64,000 nt of DNA, taken from positions 2,105,599 through 2,169,598 of the forward strand of contig NW_019091360.1 in the NCBI RefSeq assembly GCF_001949145.1, written 5' to 3'. The position numbers were made by a program, and so were the translations under genes. Source of the DNA: Acanthaster planci (taxonomy: Eukaryota). Within the stretch, counting starts at the first letter, position 1. Each line of letters begins with the position of its first letter. Under the pieces are notes generated by a model that did no database searches, had not been told where the DNA came from, and saw only the letters and a program-made list of their open reading frames with translations. Of this stretch, positions 38,018 through 52,194 are shown piece after piece.

Positions 38018-39538
38018 ATGCCAGAGGTGGACTGCTCTCAGTTTTTACAGGTTGGTAAAAGAATCACTGATAGAAAAATGCAATTCATATAAACTTATTA
38101 TTCAAACATGAAGTTCGTTTTTTCTTATAGTGCAGAACTCTGAGGAAAGGGTTTAGGGGGCTAAGGAATATATAAGTTGACTCATGTTCCGTGTACTTAC
38201 ATTAGTTGTTTACCACTGTCGACAGAAGAAACGGTCTTCAGACTTGGATGTTGTCTTGAGCACTTCCGATTGTTGGCTCAGTTGCATTGTGCATTTCCGA
38301 ATGCTGCATATACATGTATTCAATTTTTTCTTTTCTGTTTTGCTTCTCCAAATCTGCAGTTGCCTGATAAGTCTTCAAGCGACTTCAACAAGCCCAGTCC
38401 GTTAGCTCTCCTTGCGGCAACGTGTAACAAAATCGGTGGCCCAGCGCCCAATGCCTCCAAGCCTTCGCTTGCGCCACCCGCACAGCACCAGCCGGCAGCG
38501 ACTCAGCCAGCAAAGGCCGACCGTGTCCCGGGCTACTTTCCTCCCGTGCAGGCATCCTCTGCATCGGTCGTTGGCACGACAACGCTGTCACCGCATCACG
38601 CTGTGGTGCCTGCCCTGCCGAGGTGCGAGCTGCCTCCTACCCCTCCTGCCGAGCCGTTCCCTGGGTGCATGCCTCCAGCCCTGCTGCATGGCACCCCCGT
38701 CACAACGACGGTGTGTCCGCATTCAGTCGCTGCAGCCGCAGCGTACTTCAACGCGTTCCACCCGCCAGCCTCAGCCTGCCCCGTGGGACTCACTCAGCTT
38801 CCCGGAGGCCCATCGTCTACTCACTGCCATGGGGTTCATGGATTAGAGCACTTGCAGCCTCTATTGCCTAGCGGTATGCTATCCCCACCTCATTCCTTCA
38901 ACATCCCGCTGACCGTGCAGCCCACTCCAGAAGAAGTGCCGTGGTGGAGTGTCTCGACCCCAAGTCACCCAGTGCCCTCCTCACCACTCACTCCTCCATC
39001 ACCCGGACTCTGCAGCTTCGCCGGCCCCATATTCCACCAGCAGTCTCCCGTCAACGGCTATTCCCCGTACCAGTACCCTGGACTTTTCGACCACAAGTCA
39101 TCCCTGGCAAAGCTGGCCGCCAGACGCTGCCGGCGTTGCCGGTGTCCCAACTGCCAGAACGCCAGCAACTCCGGCGAGCCCACCAAGCGGAAGCAGCACA
39201 TCTGTCACATCCCAGGCTGCGGCAAGGTCTACGGCAAGACGTCCCACCTCAAGGCCCACCTGCGCTGGCACTCCGGGGAGCGGCCCTTCGTCTGCAACTG
39301 GCTGTTCTGCGGTAAGAGCTTCACCCGGTCGGACGAGCTCCAGCGGCACCTTCGCACGCACACCGGGGAGAAGCGCTTCATTTGCCCCGACTGCGGCAAG
39401 CGATTCATGCGGAGCGACCACCTGTCCAAGCATCTGAAGACACACTCGCTGAAGAAGGCAGAAGCAGATGCCAAGCTCATCGATGAGGAGGAATGTGAGG
39501 ACGACACGCAAGATGAAATCTTGGATGTCACTTCTTAA
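38018..39538 (+). CDS. Sp5: Transcription factor Sp5 / buttonhead-like, two coding exons (38018-38050 and 38360-39538), about 403 aa
   Basis: Exon 1 [11 protein letters not shown]|gt and exon 2 after ctgcag are in phase 0. Sp box [17 protein letters not shown] motif, Btd box [11 protein letters not shown], and three C2H2 fingers ([25 protein letters not shown]..., [44 protein letters not shown]) typical of the Sp5 subgroup. Confidence 0.93.
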
Positions 39539-42500
39539 GACTAAATCTTGAGAAATGCATCTCATTGCAGTGGCTGAACTTTTGAACTTTGTCCAGTGAC
39601 ACTATTGGAAATTCATACATTCCACCCTTGAGTTGATACGTAATTTTCACTTCTGAAGAAGTTGCCAATTTTTGCCAGTTAAAAAGAATTTGTAGTTGAA
39701 TTATGAATTCCAAACGGCTTTCGAACATTTGACCTGTGCCAAATAACATGCATATGCATTTTGACTTTAATGAACAATTAAGGTTGATTTTCGTAACGTG
39801 CGCCTGATTTGGAGTTTTTGATATACATTTACTTTTGTGTTGTTTTTTTATTGAAATGAATGTAGTAATTATTCATCTTTTAAAGGACGACCTGAGGGTT
39901 TTGGAATATTAAATTATTTGAATGTTTTCATTGAAGATGTGTAGATGGTCTCATGCTCGGTCCTGATTTCATATTCTAGACATACTTATAATTTACGAAT
40001 ACATTTTAACTTGGAATTGTTTTCGTGCCGGCCTTCATTTGACATCAAATCAAATTAACTCCACCCTCAACCACTTTACAAGTCAGAGGTTTTCGTGCGA
40101 AGCAATTGGGAAGCAGGAATAACTCCGCGGTGATTTGGGAAAACGTGTACATGTACATAATCTGCTTTGGCCACCAGTAAAAACAATTCAGAATTGAAAG
40201 CAAATGCGATACTGGCGTCTAAAGTTTCATTCCATAGGCATAAGGTTCACTGAAGTTGTTTTTATGGGGCGGGGAGGGGATTAGTTCAGGATACACACGT
40301 CTGATCATAAAGCCGGCAGAGCGACAAAAATGCACTCAGAGTGCAGTACATGTAGTAATTTGAATATGAATACATGTTCTCTGGGAGAGTACATGTGTTT
40401 TGTGTCAGAACATTTTTAATTTTGCCAGGTTTCCCTGGTAGGTAAATGGATCGTCATAGCACTTAAAAAATCCCCTTTAAAGACTGTCCCTAACCCGTTC
40501 CCCCATCGACCAATCCTCGCCACTTTCTACGGGTAATATTTCCCTTCACCCATCCTTTCTCCCTGGTCGGCACTTTGTTGTGATAACACATCTAGATAGG
40601 CATCTGTCCCCGTAGATACGGTAATGGTTTTCCGCGGGTGTCGGGCGATCACGCTCAAGCTGCCGCACGATCTCACGATAATACGCCGAATCGATTTCTC
40701 TGGCGAGTTGCGGGGAATGCCGGGGCGGCCGACGCGTTGCAGATACGGTGGCGATTTTACTCCCTCCCCTCTGACGGCGCCAATTTCACAGGAACAGTTG
40801 TTATGAGGTCGTCGTCTGTCGGTCTTCACAATATTCCTCATCAATACCGAAAAGTACAGCAGGGTGGGAACGGTGGGCACACCTTTTCTTGAAGCTTAGG
40901 AAGGTGGTGCTAAATTCCCCCAAGGTGTACACGCGAGAAAATTATTTTCATCTGGCATCTTTGCTTATTTGGAAAAGTTTCACAAAATGCGTTTCTGAGA
41001 AGCATCTGTCAATGGACCCTCTAAAGATGAAATATCTTGTAACTCAAGGTTAGCGAATTTTATATAATTTTACGAACCATTAAGTGGTACTTAAAGGAAA
41101 TGCAAGTTTAAATTGTGTACATGTAAATACATGTACGGGCAAATGTAAAGCTCAATTTCCACGAGAAGACGGCGATTCTTCGTCACTGCGAATACATATA
41201 CTGTATAAGGAACACAGATTATGCATGGTGCAAAGGTTGGAATTTAACAAGGTTAACGGGAAATTTTAACGACAAAGTTCGTTTTCTGCCACTTCATAAA
41301 ACAGGGGGCGACAGGTTCACCGTACGCTTATAAATATTGATTAGTACATATACATGTATACGGTTAAAGTTGAACCCCACCTTCTGTTAGCATCCATTAA
41401 CACTTAAACTCTGCAATACTATTTTCGTTCATTGACCCTTTTCTGAACTCTTTGTAACGTTATCTTCGGAATCGTCTGTATAGAAGCGGGGGTGCAGCCT
41501 ACCTCTGATTTATTTCATAAAGAAAAAAAGAATTTACAGAAGATTTTCGGGAGTAGTTCCGCCTTCTGACAATGCATACTCTTTTTCCAACTTTCATTCT
41601 TTCGGTCAAAGATAACTGCTCGCTGTATCGGTGAGATAAGCATCAACCGGCAAGTGTTGCTCTTTGCGGTGGGGGGCCGGCCCCAGATCTTATCTTCTGC
41701 GAACCGCCGGCTGGTAGCTGTGGCCCAAGCCCAGCGTACGATGAACCTTTTAGGCAGGATTGACACCCCCCGGGAGTGACCGTAGGGTAAGTGCCTGTCA
41801 GTGACCAGCCCCGGTACCCGATTTGGCCAGCGATCGGCTTCCCAGTGACGGGTGCTCGGCTGTCGCCACCCTCAGCTCAACCAACTACGGTTGGAGGGTT
41901 GTAGAGGAGTTTACTCGTATACAGAGAAGCGATTTCAGTTTTCACCCATGGCAGGCAGATGTTTTCTCCCGAGTTCGCACCAAGAAAACACCAATGCAGG
42001 ATTTGTAATGGCGTACAATTTCGCGAAGTACATTTATACATGTAATAATAAGATTGTATGTAGGAATGACGGATGCGATTCATTTCCATTGTCAAGTTGT
42101 CGAAAAGTTCGTGGACGCAATGTGAATAGCGCTGTCGATTGTATACTAAGACACTGTACAGTACACGTATACATATACATAATTTGTGACCGATTTGCTC
42201 TCATAAATCACTACAGGCTGGTTGTTGTGAAGCATAATCTTGTCAAGACCTGAAAATGACGAATCAATGGCAAAATATACTTGCCCCTGTGGCAACAACT
42301 CCTTAAAAATATACATTTCGGGGGGATTTCTCTAGTTTGCTCTCGGATCCAGAGGCTGCAGATACACCACTGAGGCGAATTTCTCCATCTGTCCAGTCCC
42401 ATCCCAAGCTTGTCACTTCCTGATGGTCGAAGTCTATCTCCTTACCCGCGTTCATTTCTGGCGTCGTGACATCGGCAGACACTGTGTACTGTCTGCCTGC

Positions 42501-45500
42501 GGCAAATTGCTCTGCAAAAAAAAAATAGAGAAGTTCCACCACGGTCTCTAAATTTAAACGATAAAAATAAGAAACAATAATATTACATGTACATGGCATC
42601 CCTTTCGCACTTAATTAAATTTGCACAACAAAAGTTCATGATTCGTAAAATACGTGAAATGACTGTTATCCTAGGTTGGCGTTTTTAACCCATTTTTTTT
42701 TGTCTTTGGATGCTAGTTATCTCTCCACACTGCGATACAATTCCCGTTTCACGATCATCTGAAAAGGACGGTTTTCACACATTCATTCTCTTTACATCGA
42801 CGCTCTTGGATCACATTTTCAACATCTGCAATCAAGAACAAACAATTCACGCGCTCTCCACTAGAAACAGCTATCCGGTGGACAATCTAAGCCGGCAAAC
42901 CCCCCAGGAGGCAAAGAATGCCGCAGTGAAAAAATCATAACTCGTGATAAAAATTCAATATCGTTAACTGACATTCGGCGACATCACAGTGAATAGCGCT
43001 GCACTGTCTTTCTCTCTTTCGGTGTTTTCTTTTCTTTTTTCTCTCAGAATTTGAAATTATTTTGCTGTGCATTTGTCACCCGTCACTGCGGCTTTTGTAA
43101 GGCGGGGGAACGAGGCCAGGTCGTATACTGGGCGGCAATCTTTTACTGGGGCGGCTGGGCCATACTGGGCGACTATTGTCCACAGCTCATCACGCACTCA
43201 CTCGGCACAATGCACGGAGGAGGGAGAGAGAAAAAAAATCAGGGGAAGAACTGCCCAGAGATCAAAGCCGGGCCGCGTTACTTTTCACAGACCCGGGGAT
43301 GAGGGCTTAAATCGTACGGTTGAATCACCCGCATCCCATGTGTTCATGTAAACCCACAGGGGAACGGGCATCACTTCAAGTATGATAACCAAAAACCCAA
43401 CCGCCTCATCCCTTTGGTACCGATTCCGCCTCTTGTGCATATCTTAGGCAGGGCAGGAGAAAAACATGTTTCTCCTTCAAGCAGTGAATTTATTTTTCGC
43501 CTTGCCTTTCGTTATTTCTGTACATGTCAAGGTTCGAGATGCACAGACGAGTCTGCTGGCAAGGGCTGTTGCCCTTCACAAAATCTGATGAAGAATTGTG
43601 GATGTTGCCAAGCTTTGTGGGAACGTAGCCCCCAAATCAATGCACATCATCCAAGTAATTATTCGAACGAATTCTATCCCATAAGAACTCAGAAAAGAAA
43701 GTCACGTGACTCAATGAAATCACACTTTGCCAGCACCCTGTTGAGGGTCATGGGTACAAACGAGGGCACTCTGTACGGTCGAGCGCCCTCTACATTTATG
43801 TTCTGGAGCGCCCCGCGGTAAGTTTTAATAATTAGCGTAAACTTTCCTTCAGTTTTTGCTTTAACCCGAGATATTACGTGCCACTGATTCATCTGCGTTA
43901 GAAAACGGCGATGTTGTGCGTTAATAAGCACTTGCAAATAAGGCATGCAAAATTTCCGCCACAAAAAGAAAAATCATTTGCATCGGGGTTTAGATGGACA
44001 AGAAACACGGTTTTAGAATAAACCGGCACAGAGACATTCAAAGAAAAATCACAGGCGGGGAGGAGAAGGAGAAGCTTAGACAGGAATATTGTAGGCGGCA
44101 TCCAACAATCAAGTCGGTCCCAGCCGGCTTGGCAGAGAGAGACAGAGAGAAAAAAAGCGACGAGGTGAACAGCAAGGGAGCCCAGGCCGAGTCAAAGCGA
44201 GCGCAGCGCGGCGTAAATTTTTCCACTTTTGACGGTCGGCGAGGCGGAAACTTGGTAATCCGTGCCCTCCTGGAGAAGAGAAAAAAATCGTCGGCACACG
44301 TTTGTCGCTCTGAAAGCAGGTTACGGAATATCTGTATTGAGAGTGATATATTGTCCTGATGAGGTAAAAACCTGAAGGGGTACTCTGGTATTAATAATCT
44401 GCTGTGACAAAAAAATATATTTATAGATATTCATTTGCTTTACAATTCACTGTGAGAAAAACATCAGAACTTCTGTGCTGCCTTTTTTGTTGGGCATCAT
44501 ATTTAACAGTGAATTCTTCATTTCTTTTCAAATCTGCACATTTTTTGGTTTAATTTCCACCGTATGCCGACACGTAACGACACGTAAAGGCTCATCGTGC
44601 AGAAAAACATTCTTAGTAATCATCATGGCAAACTATTGGATAATCGTGGACTATGGTTTTATGAAAATTCCTAAATTGGGGAAACACGTCTTACAAGAAT
44701 TACATGGAAGGCTTTATCTCAAATGAGATAAATAATGCAGTCCTTTTAAGTTAGCTGTCAGCACTGTTTCGTCTCACAACTTTTTTAGAATAAGTCAGAT
44801 GAGTGGAAAGCCTTAAATGTAATGTACATAAATTCAGGGAGCTCGAAATGGCGGGAACATTGTACCAGCTAATATCCAAATAAGGACGTGTCCGGGTAGC
44901 TTTGGATACAGCAAGCGATAACGCCTATCCACCTAATTCAAGAGTCAGCTAGCTGAATCAAAAGCGAGGCAATCTTAATACGAATTTTCACCAGTTTAAG
45001 GTGTGTGGGAACGACGATAATGCAGTAGGGAAATTTTATAAATAACCATGGGTGTGCTCCAACGAGTAGTTCCAAATTTGGCTGCATTCAAATAACATCT
45101 CAAAGTGAGGTAATACCGGCAATTATAGGCAAACGGCCTGGAAAATTACCGTTCTAATAAACAGACACGGATTTGATGAGCATGATCCAAAATGGCAACA
45201 CCGTGAACACAGCCAACGGAAGCCAGTAGACGGCTGCTTTGCCATTTCTCGTTTGCTCTATTGTCAGGCCACAGCATGGTTATTCTGACACGTCTCGACT
45301 ACACTCCGTCCGTGACAACTGCTCTGAGCGCAGCTGACATAATACACCCACTATTATGAGCGGGTACCCTCCCGTGTACCACAAATGTACAGTTATCCCG
45401 TACTAGACTGGTCCTCTGAACGAACAACATTTTGATCTGTGTGGAAATGCACCGTTACATGTGCCGAGTGTAAGATCAAGGATTGCAAAGCTATTAAAGG

Positions 45501-46408
45501 ATAGCCTATGTAATTGCGCTGATGTAACTGTGGGGAGCTACAGTGGCACATGCCCCCTCCCCCCATCTGTTTAATGTCAATGACCCCGGGTGCCCTCCGT
45601 AAAGTTTCAAAACAAATTATACATCAGTCTATTCATTCACTTTTTGTACCCCTGGAGAAAAAATTGTACAACCCAACAAGTGGTAGATGCCCCGCCCCAA
45701 ATTTCACCCCAGTTAAGCCACAATGTACAACTGACCGATTTTACAATCAGTCACTAGTATATAATTCGGATTTCGTGAGAAGTTCGTTATTATTTCTTGG
45801 AAAAATTACCAATGCTTAAGTTCATTAGAACAAAATAAATAACTTACGGTAATCATTTGCACACTGCATGCCTAACTTGCGCTCTAAATGCACGAAACTA
45901 CAGGTAGAATTCAATCAAATTATACGTATCTTAAAGGGGTTTCCAATTATCATGGTTGCCTATCACAAGTATCATTGAGAAAACTGGCCTTTGACAAAAA
46001 TTCCCTTTGGGCCTGTTATTTATGTAAGGATACCTGTGGGAATTTTAATTGAGCAAATATCATTTAATGCATGCACAAACCCCATGAAGTCGCTCAGTCA
46101 TACACAACCTCGTCCCCATTGCCTTCGACAATAGCTATGGTCCCCGGGGTTTAACTACAGATACAGGGAAGGAGCTTTCACGCTCACACCAAAAAAATCT
46201 TGACAGGAAGCAGTTCTGAGCACACATTAAACAAACGATTTCAATGCAAGAGATTCTAAAACACACGTATTCACCAACTTTGGGAAGGGTTGATGAGGGT
46301 TTAAACCCTCGATCGCCAAACTAAGAAAACTGCAAAGTCGTAACCGTCCTGGTATTTTTGATCAGCGAAGTACGTACTTCTCGACCCCTCCATCTGTTTC
46401 ACTGCCCG

Positions 46409-49400
46409 CTAATTTGACGACCCGTACACGGGCCCAGTCACCAGTGAGTTGAAGTTGACTGTCAGGAACACGGTCTGGTGGTCCCTCAAGGTGCGGATGT
46501 AGTTCAGGGATGCCTTCTGGTCTTGCCCTGTGATGTTCAGGTCGGCGTAGATCCGGGCCAGTCCCAGGTTGTGCGAGGTCTCGACCGTGGCGCGCGATTC
46601 GGCCTGAGCCCGCGAGCCAATAAGGGCAGCTTGGGCCGTTGCATTCTGGGTGATTTCTTCGGCGGCGTTTTCGATAATCGTGACCTGCAACGGAAACGAG
46701 GTGCGATCGGACGTGAGTTTAATTAGTTTCGCTTCTTGCACGTTGACTGAGATGCACTCACTGACAAGGCGGGTATTTGGTTGATACTGTAATCAACGAG
46801 TGTCAAAATCATTTTTCTCAGACGGAATCTTTTGACATGAAAATGAGAGATTACGGCTGACGATGTACGCGTACCTCTGATTCTGAAAACCGGAAAACAT
46901 AATAAGATTCTCGTTTTTCAGTTTTCTTCGCCACGTTGTCAATCGCTGCATAGGTTGACAAGAAGAATTCGTGAACAACTTTTGATTGTGACGGTTCTGT
47001 ATTCTGTAACAGTTACCACTGTTTTATCCCCAACCTACCAACTCTTCTGTAGTCTTTCTCACAAGCTGCTCCTCTTGCCTGTACGTCTCTCCCACCCCAT
47101 CCTCCAGCTGTGTCAGCGTCTGGAGGTTGCGACTAAGCACCTCATTCGGAAGCTCAACGAAGCCGAGCTGGAAGTATCGCACGTCGGCGTATAACCCTTT
47201 GTCCTCACTGGTACAGTCTTCCAGCGGTTTGCAGCCTGGCTCGCAACCTGAGATAGAAATACCAAATAGGTGGGTGATAGGAGTTCAGACTTATCAAAGC
47301 TCAAAGTTATGTACACCGTCTTTTAATAAATTCCGATAAAATTTTTCTTGCATACTTTTTCTTGTATGTGGAGAGTAGATGGCATGAAAACTACGTCTTG
47401 GCGACAATAATTCATAATTTTATTATTAAGTGCCCTATTATACGCACAGGTCCTACTTGGCTGATTTTTCGTGGAGAACCTGAAAGTGCCCCAATTTTGT
47501 TGGCAAGTATATTCTTTTAGCCAAAATACCCAGCGCAAGGCATCGTGCCACCAACTTCCGCTACTGCAATATGTGGGTTTCCATAAGTCCGCAGACACTG
47601 TCCAGGATACTGGGAGGTTGCGTGGGGTGGGGTGGGGTGTGACACGCACCTTCCGGTAGGTCCTGGCATGACGGCTTACAGCACGTTCCCCCTAGCCTCT
47701 TCCTAACGGCGCGGAATAGCACCTGCTCGATATTAGCGCGCTCAGAGCCAAAGTCCCGCGGGGTGAAGTCTGATGTCGCCCCCTTGAGCGCGTCCACAGC
47801 ACTGTTCTGCAGTGTCTCCTCGTACTGAAGATCGTAGGTGTCGTGAAGCAATTTCAGATCCTCGGGACGGAGAAAGTACTGGAAATTGCAGTCCAGCTTC
47901 ACCTGTTGATCGATTTACGGATGGTGTCAAATGTTGAACGAGTCATTAAACTTTTGTGACTCAAGTCAAGTCTTTGGAAAGTGATCCGAGTCAAGTCATT
48001 AGGTCCAGAAGGTCAAGTCGAGTCACATTGTGTGGGTCATAAGCGTAGTTCGATTTGAGTAACTTATATTAACTCTTTAAATGAACTGTTAAATGAACTT
48101 AAGAGGACACGGTCTTAGCATGCAGTTATTTGTCGGGATTATTAATTGCTTCCCAGCTTGTATATTATGACCATGGACAGGTTTTTCAATACCCTCAAGT
48201 GGAGTACATTATATTCAATGTAGTGGTGTTGAAACGAGCTATAAATGTTTTGAATCGAGTTGTACAGTCTACTCACAGTGACTCTAGTCGAGTAAGTTAC
48301 CCATTCTGGAACTCGGTCAAAGTCACCAAAAATTGGGTATGGTTTTTTTTTCACTCTAAAGTAATTGTTTGGCATGGGAAAAGCAAAGGAGTATCGAGCG
48401 AATTGCCAGCTAAACGCACGGAGCCCTCCTTGATTAGCCAACATTTGACACTCACTTCGAGTCGTTCTTTGGTGAAGACTGATATCGATTCCAACGTCAC
48501 CATGTGGGCGTCGGCTTTAAACACCTTGAATTCGGCATCTAAACCGATATAGTGATTCCCAGCCTGGTAAACATAGCTGGTATCGACGGCACCGCTGGTC
48601 CTGCGCCTAACGAATCCCATCTGCACAATTTTAAAAGATACGGGATACACTCGATTAATCGCATCCGGAAATGTCAAACATTTCCTGGTATCAAAATTTC
48701 AAGTATTCCAAGTTGCGAGGAATTTTCTTAGACTATTTCACCATCTCCACGACTCCAAGACTACACTTAAATTTTTTAAATACATGTACATGTAATATTA
48801 ATATGAGTATCTGAAATGCATTTTTCTTAATAAACACAATTCGTTAAACTTTCTATTGCTCTTCAATGTAAGAAATCTATTTGGCATCCCCATTAGATGA
48901 AATGCATTGGAAAGTGCACGATTTTAAACATTTTAAATTAATCATGCTTTCCGGACGATTGATGGCGCTGTTGCTGTAATATCATCCCAGAAGGCATGAT
49001 TCAGTGAACCCGGAATTTACTCATTGAAAAAAATATTTCTGAGCAAGGCATGATTGCTTGCTAATTGCTCTTTACTTACACAACAGTGGATCCACAAAGA
49101 AAAGGAAATGTACAGCGGCCAGCCAAATCTTACAAAATGCAGTTTTTGTGCATAAACCTGTCTAACATTCACGTTTTCTTCCTGGAATAATATAACAGTT
49201 TCGCTCATGAATAATTATGGCCTCATTAGCATAAATATTATAGCGGCAGCAAAATACCCAAGAAAGTAGTGAAACTAACATTGAAAATGAGGTTAACGGA
49301 GACCCAAGGGTTACATTTAATGATTTGTATTTGGAAAATAACATTGCTACTCCCCTTTAAGACTGATGTCTTCCGTCTAATGGCTTGGCTCACTTTTCTT

Positions 49401-49683
49401 TTTGAAAAAAAACGCACGGTTAAGGTCAGTAGACACAATTTTAAAAAATCGATTAATTACAGTTGTCGTATGTACTAAGACTATTATCACTTGGAATACG
49501 AGCATCTTTGAATTGCTACGACACTTATCGTACACGTTAACAGCTGTCACAGGTTAGACGGATTTTTACCTCGTAATATTCCACACCATGAAAGGACACA
49601 GGGACCAGGATCAGAATGAGTACAACCACGGTGACTGCCACGCCAACCACGCACTTCACCACGCCACTCATCTCGTCTCCCAT
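46409..49683 (-). CDS. SPFH/band-7 (prohibitin/erlin-like) domain membrane protein, 5 exons, about 338 aa
   Basis: Exons 49570-49683 (MGDEMSGVVKCVVGVAVTVVVLILILVPVSFHGVEYYE), 48456-48620 (…VYQAGNHYIGLDAEFKVF…VFTKERLE), 47650-47902 (VKLDCNFQYFL…), 47039-47247 (…DVRYFQLGFVELP…), 46409-46684 (Ala/Glu-rich coiled-coil tail). Phases 0,0,1,0 are consistent with no internal stop. Family call is from motif pattern only. Confidence 0.82.
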
Positions 49684-52194
49684 GATGACTGCGCGGACAA
49701 CGGTCCAGTCAGCGGACTGATCTGACGGTGGAATTCAGCGTCAAACACCACAAGTCATTCATCGATCGTGGCCGTAAAGGAAAAAAACAATCATAACAAT
49801 ATCCCATCCCACAGACTTACAATTGCTTCTGTTATACACTCTGCCCACTCGTGCGCGTTCTTAAACTCGACGCGCGCGTGCAACTTCGGCTGGCTACACC
49901 ACCAAATTGATTGAAGGGAAATGTAACGCGTGCGTAGCACCTGCCAAACGAGCGTGATGGCATGGCAGTAGTGGCTAGCAGGCGCATGACTTCTATTTCT
50001 GGTCGCTTAATCAGTCTTTACAGCGAAACGTTGAAACACGTTAATATTACACAGCATTGCACACTGGAAAAAAAGAAATCTCAAAATATGGAGGGCCTGA
50101 CGTTTCGATCCTAGCAGAATCTTTCTCAAAATTTCAGGTCATTGTAGTCAGCAAGCAGTTTGCAACAGCTTTGTATTACATAGGCCTATCTTTGAAAAAA
50201 AAAACCAGTTAGATGGCGACCCCTTGGCAACGAAGAGACCTGACGTCACCATCATGTGTAAACTCCATAAAGTAATGAAATAAAGGCATGTGACAAAATT
50301 CCTTCGATGCAGTTCAAAAACTTAAATGCCTTCATCCACGCCCTGCATGTGACCTGATGTAGGCTGCTTTAGCAAGGTGAACGCATCACATTAGTTTTTG
50401 TAGCAGGATAAAAACATTGCATAGTTATCTCTAAGGGGTCCTTGAAACAATTCCCTATCACAAATCTTGATTTTTAAAATAAGAGTGTAAATGTTCATAC
50501 CTTGTATAATGAAAATTTACCGCGCAGCAGAACCCACCTTCACGCGAAGCTGAAGAGATGGCACACCGAAGCAAATACAAACACGAACTGCGGATTTGAC
50601 TGCATAAATGTTGCCTGCGTGTGTGACGTGACTGAAAAGGCTGGACTACCGAAAGGAGGAAACACCACGGTAATGCATTCTTTCACTTGAACCCAAACGG
50701 AAATATTCACGGTAACCGTGACCCGGATTCAAAGAGGAAACTCCTGTGAGTGTTTTCGAATCGATGATTATGAGTATAAAGGTGTTTAACGAACTAGCAT
50801 GTATGATTTAATCGAGGATAAATACAAGTTACATAAGTTACATCTTGGGCGTTACCCAAACACTGGTGTAGAACTTCCAGTCTCCCTTTTACATTACAGC
50901 TGGTGCATTAACGTGCGGCATTCGACATGGTGTGACTGTAGGTTTGATTTCAAAACTTCCACATCAGGAGGCTACGGGCATGGGCTCTTGTAAAACAGGG
51001 GGTTGGTTGTCATCACACTCTTGATCGGTGATGATCAACCATACGATAAAGGCAAATGCATACAAACCGTGCACTTCAACCGTTTTCGATTAATATGTGC
51101 ATTGTCGGGCGCAACGCGGTTCTTCACAAATGCCGGAGTTTTTCTTCCAGGTTTATAACTTCCTCGTTCCTAACAATGCTTTACTGCCAGGAATCTGATG
51201 AGATCCACTTCCTGAAAACATCAGCATATTCATTTCAAGAATATTTATTGCTGTTTGCTTTAAAGTATGGTATGCATATAATATTCATATAGTATCATAA
51301 AATATTATTCAATGTCTGTCGTGTAATATCATTCCATTGTCGCAGTAATGTGCATAATTAGGTATATCATGGCTTTACACACATGCAGGTTCATACAATC
51401 ACAATATACAAAGGCTTGCTTGCCGTACAAAAAAACACGACCCAGTTCCTTTGGACTGCCTTGTCAACCTTTAGTGCAATGGAACACTTGAAATTGAAGA
51501 TGACGTGTTGAAAACGGCTTCAGTTTACAACTTTCTGTATATATATTTATAATAGACGAAAAATACATTTTCGGGCACTCTTTTCTGATAGAAATCTATT
51601 TCACAAAACTGCCGTTTATAACAGCGAAACAAACTCGCACAGTAAAAATCACTTTCTTTGTTTCTTTTGCAGACTTGACCACACAGTCGGTAGACACACG
51701 TGGAGACGGTTTTAGCGGTGGTTGCTCCATTATGCTGTCAAAACTGGACGGGTCCCGCCTCGGCCATCTCTAGGCCTCGACTGTACGGAATTTTGTCGTT
51801 GTAATCTGTTTTATCACATTGCGCCGTCCATAGATAAGCACTTTTGCCATGCTGGGTAAGTAATCATCTAGGATTTCACGACGCCTTTGTGCATCGAGAC
51901 ATGGGTATATTTTACGGGAAAGGCACGTGTAAATTGAATAAAAGTATCGCTTAAAGTGCGCAAGACATCATTAAACATGATCATCATTATCAAAAAGACC
52001 AGGCGTGAAAGAACAATGAAGATGATGAAAACTGGAAGATTGCCACATAGGTCGGACACTTCGGATGTGGTCGAAGGTTTGAACCCTATTTCAATTCATG
52101 ATTCTATGGAAGAAGCGCTTCACAGTATGAGGATGGTTATGTCTAAGTCTTCATCTTCAGCAGTTTCTGAAATTTCCAACATTGCTTTGGGTAG

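Noticed and set aside
37450..38058. 202-aa ORF upstream of Sp5
   Set aside because: No recognisable domain; overlaps the promoter and 5' UTR, where GC richness explains the open frame.
38177..38359. N-terminal 61 aa of the listed Sp5 ORF
   Set aside because: Starts at TTG within the intron and includes the polypyrimidine tract and acceptor.
38412..39565. Overlapping alternative-frame and antisense ORFs within Sp5 (similar ones occur in the GPCR and SRCR exons)
   Set aside because: Shadows of GC-rich coding sequence.
52120..52194. Possible stop-codon readthrough extension of the SPFH paralog (LPKAMLEISETAEDEDLDITILIL)
   Set aside because: No visible similarity to the full-length paralog's tail; TAA is a poor readthrough codon.
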